From positions 1 through 64,000 of the forward strand of contig CBEVQO010000009.1 of NCBI GenBank assembly GCA_965552055.1: 64,000 nt of DNA, in the 5' to 3' direction. Of the stretch, positions 59,621 through 64,000 are shown one piece after another. The notes under the pieces were generated by a model, which worked only from the letters and a program-made list of their open reading frames with translations, did not search any database and was not told the DNA's origin. Each line of letters starts with the position of its first letter. Position 1 is the stretch's first letter. The stretch is from an uncultured bacterium (GTDB lineage: Bacteria; Hydrothermota; UBA3073; NMUJ01; CBEVQO01). Made by a program: the position numbers and the translations under genes.

Positions 59621-59996
59621 TTTTCAGCATCCACAATTTTGTTACTTCCGGATTTATTATTACATCGTCATTTTCGAAATCGAGTTTCAACCTCCATGCC
59701 TGCAATGTCTTTGCACCGATGATAACAGGATGGGATAAACCATCAACAACCATGAATTCATCCGAAAAAGTGTATCCTTTCAAAACAAAATCGATAATAA
59801 TTCTTGATCTGGCTTCTGTTACCTCGCCTTCTTTTGCCATCATAAATTTTTTGGGCTCCGGTAAAGGTATCATTATCTCTATTTCCTTCGCAATATCAGG
59901 ATGAATGCAGGAATAAGTTGAACCGGAATCAAAAATAGCATCCAGATCCATTTTGCCTTTTGACCCTATTAAAGTTATTTTTTTCCTTATAATCAT
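59601..59996 (-). CDS. Retropepsin-like aspartic protease, tandem copy B (start revised to ATG 59996)
   Basis: AIFDSGST, VIIGAKTLQAW; ATGA overlap with copy A. Confidence 0.8.
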   Translation of the reverse strand: MIIRKKITLIGSKGKMDLDAIFDSGSTYSCIHPDIAKEIEIMIPLPEPKKFMMAKEGEVTEARSRIIIDFVLKGYTFSDEFMVVDGLSHPVIIGAKTLQAWRLKLDFENDDVIINPEVTKLWMLKNEARES

Positions 59997-60373
59997 AGCA
60001 TCCACAATTTTGTTACTTCCGGATTTATTATTACATCGTCATTTTCAAAATCGAGTTTCAATCTCCATGCCTGCAATGTCTTTGCACCGATGATAACAGG
60101 ATGGGATAAGCCATCAACAACCATAAATTCATCAGAGAAAGTATATCCTTTCAATAAAAAGTCGAGCCTGACGCACATTCTGGCTACTGCTATTTCGCCT
60201 TCTTTTGCTGTTGAAAACTTCTTGGGATTGGGTAAGGGGGTCAAAATCTCTATTTCCTTCGCAATATCAGGGTGAATGCAGGAATAAGTTAAACCGGAAT
60301 CAAAAATAGCATCCAGATTCATTTTACCTTTTGACCCTATTAAAGTTATTTTTTTCCTTATTACCATTTTCAT
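59993..60373 (-). CDS. Retropepsin-like aspartic protease, tandem copy A
   Basis: AIFDSGLT, VIIGAKTLQAW; ~371-bp tandem duplication. Confidence 0.8.
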   Translation of the reverse strand: MKMVIRKKITLIGSKGKMNLDAIFDSGLTYSCIHPDIAKEIEILTPLPNPKKFSTAKEGEIAVARMCVRLDFLLKGYTFSDEFMVVDGLSHPVIIGAKTLQAWRLKLDFENDDVIINPEVTKLWML

Positions 60374-60471
60374 TTTCTCATATTCGCTAATTTTATTAAG
60401 TTTTTGAGTTTGTCAACAAATTTTTTCAACTTATTATTATTGACATTGCCATTTGTCGATTAAAAATTTGA

Positions 60472-61278
60472 ATGATGGAAGTTGTAAATCATTTGCCAGA
60501 GGATTTGTATCTTGAATACGACGAATTTCTTGCATTTATTGGCATTTATGATGATGAGCAGCGCTTTTTAAACTATAAGAAATTTATCGAGAAAATGAAC
60601 ATCAAAAACAAAGTATGTATTGAGGCAGGTGCGGGTTTTGGTGTATTTACTGAATTGATGCTAAAATACGGTGCGAAAAAGGTTTATGCAGTGGAGAAAA
60701 ATAGATTTATGGTAAATATCTTGAAGAAAAAATTTTCGGGTGATAAAAGAGTGGTGGTTGTTGATAAGAGGATTGAAGAATTTGAGCCCGATGAGGATAT
60801 TGATTTTTTATTGCATGACTTTTTCGGGATAATGCTTTATGATGAGAGCTTAGAGTCACTTGAGCATTTGCGTTTTACTCCAAAACTTCTTTTTCCTGAT
60901 TCGGGCAGATTGATGTTTTCTGTTATTGATGCTGATAGTGTGTGTAATGAAACCATTACAAAAGATGTTTTGCAGGAATTGAAAGGCGTGCTTGTAAGTG
61001 ATTTATTCATGGTGGATAAGGATTTTTTAAAAAGATTGAATGGTAAAGAAGTTCTTTTCTGGGATTGGCGTAAAGGTTTGCGTGGTGGTGAAGCTGATAT
61101 TTCTTCTTTTTCGGGTGACCTTTTGGTATTCTGGATAGAAATCCTGCATCACGGTGAATTAATATGCAGGTCAGAGGAATGCGTTAACTGGTCACTAGTA
61201 TGGACGCCCCGTGCAGGTGATAAATTCAAATTAGAATTCAATGGAGAAAGCTATGTAAGATTTAAATGGTTAAAATAA
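60472..61278 (+). CDS. Class I SAM-dependent methyltransferase, PRMT-like
   Basis: D..R...Y, IEAGAGFG, GAKKVYAVE, DFLLHDFFGIMLYDESL. Confidence 0.7.
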   Translation: MMEVVNHLPEDLYLEYDEFLAFIGIYDDEQRFLNYKKFIEKMNIKNKVCIEAGAGFGVFTELMLKYGAKKVYAVEKNRFMVNILKKKFSGDKRVVVVDKRIEEFEPDEDIDFLLHDFFGIMLYDESLESLEHLRFTPKLLFPDSGRLMFSVIDADSVCNETITKDVLQELKGVLVSDLFMVDKDFLKRLNGKEVLFWDWRKGLRGGEADISSFSGDLLVFWIEILHHGELICRSEECVNWSLVWTPRAGDKFKLEFNGESYVRFKWLK

Positions 61279-61654
61279 TCTCCTTTAAAAGTTTTACCTC
61301 TTTCATTGAGCACAATCTATCACGGAATTTTATAAATTCTCGGAAATTACCCGTTCCTATAAAGATGAAAATTATGTTCCCTTTGAAAGAAAAATGAGAA
61401 GAAAATATTGTCAGATTTTCATATTCTTTCATCGTTTCAATTATTTTTTGATAAAATTTGGTTTTCGGGTCAAGCAATGTTGCTATTATGAAGAAAACCT
61501 CTGTTTGTAAATCTATCTCTTTTTGTTCGGTTAGCTTCTCTATAATTAAATCCCTGATTGCTTTTGACCTTGATTTATAACCTTTTTGCTTTATGAATTG
61601 ATCAAATTCTTCAAGCAAGGTATCCTGTATTGAGATTCCGAATTTTTGTATCAT
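61262..61654 (-). CDS. NikR-like ribbon-helix-helix regulator
   Basis: FGISI...LLEEFD.FI..KGY.SRSKAIRDLI; canonical Ni-binding His/Cys cluster not evident. Confidence 0.7.
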   Translation of the reverse strand: MIQKFGISIQDTLLEEFDQFIKQKGYKSRSKAIRDLIIEKLTEQKEIDLQTEVFFIIATLLDPKTKFYQKIIETMKEYENLTIFSSHFSFKGNIIFIFIGTGNFREFIKFRDRLCSMKEVKLLKEIILTI

Positions 61655-63368
61655 AAGCCTCTGGATTGGCGATTAGTCCTATTTTTCTCTTACCTAAATA
61701 AGTCCATCCATAAAGAAAATCTGCACCTTTTATTATTTTGTCAAATGGCTTAACTTTTACTTCCTGTATTTGCAAAACTTCATTTACAGTGCAACAAAAA
61801 TTGCCTTTATCCGTTTTTAACAAAATACCTATGCCTTCTTTTAAGGGTTTAAAGGGTGGTAACGGTGATAGGAGTGGCACAACATTTTTATCCAGTTTTA
61901 TGCATTCTACTTTTTCTATATTTATTCTTTCAAAATCGTTCAACCATAAAACCTTTGTAACAAAATCAACAGGGAAACACAGGAAATTCTTTTTATACCG
62001 GGTTATCAATGTCTTCAATAAAGATAAAGGAAGGGATAAAATATAAGTTGTTCCTTTGTTTTTCTCAGTCAATAGTTTGAGTTTACCTCCACATTCTTCT
62101 ACTTTTTCTTTGATAATTTTCATACCTTCTCCCCGTCCTGATATTTCGGTAATTCTGTCGGAAGTTGTGAAACCATCGAGGAATAGAAAATCGAGAAGTG
62201 ATTCTTTTGATAGAGCTCTTGCCTTATCTTCCGGTAACAATTTTTTCTCAATGACTTTTTTCAAAATTTCATCCGTATCTATCCCTCTACCATCATCTTT
62301 TATTTCAATTATTAAAGAGTTATAACTTATATAACAATCTATTTTTATACAGCCTGTTTTTTCTTTTCCGTTTTTGATTCGTTCATCTTCGGGTTCGATG
62401 CCGTGGTCAACGCAGTTTCTGATTATGTGAGTCAGTGCTATGCGTAGATTTTCGCAAAAAGATTTATCAATTTTTAAATTGTTTGTATTAATATCTACTT
62501 TTACTTTTTTATTAAGTGAATTAGCAAGTTCAAGTGCATAATTTTTTATAGGTGAAAGAATGTTTTCTATATCTATCAATGTCATTTGAGTTGTTAACTC
62601 GTTCAATTCATTACATACACTCTTTAATTCTATAATTTCTTTGGTTTCGCCCAATTCTGTGTTTAGTATTTCGGTTACCTCCCATAATTTATTATTCAAA
62701 TTTAATAATTTGTCAAGCTGTTTTTTATCAATTCTAAATGCTTCAATAAAGTGTGGTTGTGGTTCTTCTGTCTTGGCTTCGAGTAAAGGTTTTACTGTAG
62801 CATTTTCTATCCTTACATTTTTATGTTTGCTGGTGATTATTGCATAAAAGCCATTATCGGTTTTCCACAGATTAATTATGTTATAATTTTTTAAACATTT
62901 AGTTATCTCGCTGTTTTTGAAGAATACTTCAAATATGTTTTCATTTTTCTCTTCATACTCCGCAATTTTCTCGATATCTTCATATTTAATGAGTTTTTTG
63001 ACCTCATCGGAGAAATTTAGCATTGTCAATATTTCCTGGAATTCGAGGGTTTTTTCTTTATTTTTATTTGCGATTGTTTCCAGTTCTGCTATTAATTGTT
63101 TTACATCCTTTTTAGGATTTTCGAGTAAAGCAAAAGAAGAGTTTATTACATTTAGCAGTATGTTTTCGAGATTGCTTGGGATTTTTTTCCTTCCATAAAG
63201 TATATCTTCTGAAAGATGCATTAATCTCTGTGCTTTCTTAAGACCGATGGAGCCAAAGAGACCTTTTAAAGTGTGAATTTTCCTCATAATTTTATGAGTA
63301 TTTTCTTTATTTATAATAGCAGTTTCTACATCAAACAAAAGTTCCTTTATTTGATTGACTATTTCCAT
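61611..63368 (-). CDS. cheA: Chemotaxis histidine kinase CheA-like
   Basis: Hpt HTLKG; HIIRNCVDHGIE, DDGRGID, FTT...EISGRGEGM; C-terminal CheW-like domain. Confidence 0.85.
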   Translation of the reverse strand: MEIVNQIKELLFDVETAIINKENTHKIMRKIHTLKGLFGSIGLKKAQRLMHLSEDILYGRKKIPSNLENILLNVINSSFALLENPKKDVKQLIAELETIANKNKEKTLEFQEILTMLNFSDEVKKLIKYEDIEKIAEYEEKNENIFEVFFKNSEITKCLKNYNIINLWKTDNGFYAIITSKHKNVRIENATVKPLLEAKTEEPQPHFIEAFRIDKKQLDKLLNLNNKLWEVTEILNTELGETKEIIELKSVCNELNELTTQMTLIDIENILSPIKNYALELANSLNKKVKVDINTNNLKIDKSFCENLRIALTHIIRNCVDHGIEPEDERIKNGKEKTGCIKIDCYISYNSLIIEIKDDGRGIDTDEILKKVIEKKLLPEDKARALSKESLLDFLFLDGFTTSDRITEISGRGEGMKIIKEKVEECGGKLKLLTEKNKGTTYILSLPLSLLKTLITRYKKNFLCFPVDFVTKVLWLNDFERINIEKVECIKLDKNVVPLLSPLPPFKPLKEGIGILLKTDKGNFCCTVNEVLQIQEVKVKPFDKIIKGADFLYGWTYLGKRKIGLIANPEAYDTKIRNLNTGYLA

Positions 63369-64000
63369 TTTTGATAAATTCCGGGTTTCACATATTTTAA
63401 AATTTCTTTAACAAGGGGGTCTATTATTGTCTCGCAGCTACCGATAAACAGAAAACCTCCTTTTACCAATTTTTGTGCTAATTTTAATAAAATTTTTCTT
63501 TTAATTTCACGGTCAAAATATATCATGACATTTCTGCAGAATATTATGTGAAAATTCAGAGGAGGTGATTCGTGTAAGAGGTTTTGGATTTGAAATGTGA
63601 TTTGCGACCTTATTCTTGGCAATATTTTATAAAATTTTTCGTCTTCCTTTCTAAAGTATTTGAGAAATTTTTGAGGCACATCTTTTATTTCTTTTTCTGT
63701 ATATTTTCCTTCTTTAGCTTTTTCTATCGCGGATTTACTTATATCAGTAGCTATTATGAAAGGTTTTACATTTTGTAATGCTGAATCTATTGCAATTGCG
63801 ATTGAATAGGGTTCTTCCCCTGTTGCACAGCCTGCCGACCATATTCTTATTTGTTCTGTGTTTCTAAATCTTGGCAGGATTTCGTTTACAAGGTAATCAA
63901 AATGAAATTCTTCTCTGAAGAAAAAAGTTTCTTTAGTGGTGATGAGGTCGAGTAATTCGAGAAATTCTTTATCCGAATTTTTTACCAATTTGTAATATTT
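63359..64000 (-). CDS. cheR: Chemotaxis methyltransferase CheR (5' partial)
   Basis: TTKETFFFRE, IWSAGCATGEEPYS, IFCRNVMIYFD; frame open to the window edge. Confidence 0.92.
   Translation of the reverse strand, partial: KYYKLVKNSDKEFLELLDLITTKETFFFREEFHFDYLVNEILPRFRNTEQIRIWSAGCATGEEPYSIAIAIDSALQNVKPFIIATDISKSAIEKAKEGKYTEKEIKDVPQKFLKYFRKEDEKFYKILPRIRSQITFQIQNLLHESPPLNFHIIFCRNVMIYFDREIKRKILLKLAQKLVKGGFLFIGSCETIIDPLVKEILKYVKPGIYQKWK

Overview
Low-GC bacterial chromosomal window from a diderm organism. The T9SS-like C-terminal domain, OmpA/SPOR lipoproteins and very short hydrophobic N-termini suggest an FCB-related lineage such as WOR-3 (inference). The left edge carries a giant minus-strand surface-protein gene missing from the ORF track (>1830 codons; DUF2341-like domain plus at least 12 tandem ~105-aa repeats). 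Housekeeping blocks: amrB/amrA duplicated in tandem, smpB, amidase, murI, ndk, hutH; S8 protease, rsmI, OmpA, tldD, tRNA-Pro, rdgB, two SPOR proteins, manC; metG; tsaE/tsaB, amrS; cheA/cheR. The ~26.5-52.5 kb region is accessory. It holds an integron whose integrase is co-directional with four cassettes (AccI-like R-M, two PD-(D/E)XK nucleases, a membrane protein plus broken GNAT), a family of dispersed GC-rich intergenic repeats that sit just before promoters, an Lhr-like helicase, and a Type III-like R-M operon with two unknown genes between res and mod. At 55.4-60.4 kb is a coupled operon of two retropepsins, a Tudor-like/BrxD-like ATPase and a UvrD-Fe/S-nuclease. Window-wide oddities are sigma70-like promoters with a mostly 15-nt spacer, many apparently leaderless genes, and ultra-short putative signal peptides. 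All family assignments come from motif recognition by eye, not database searches.
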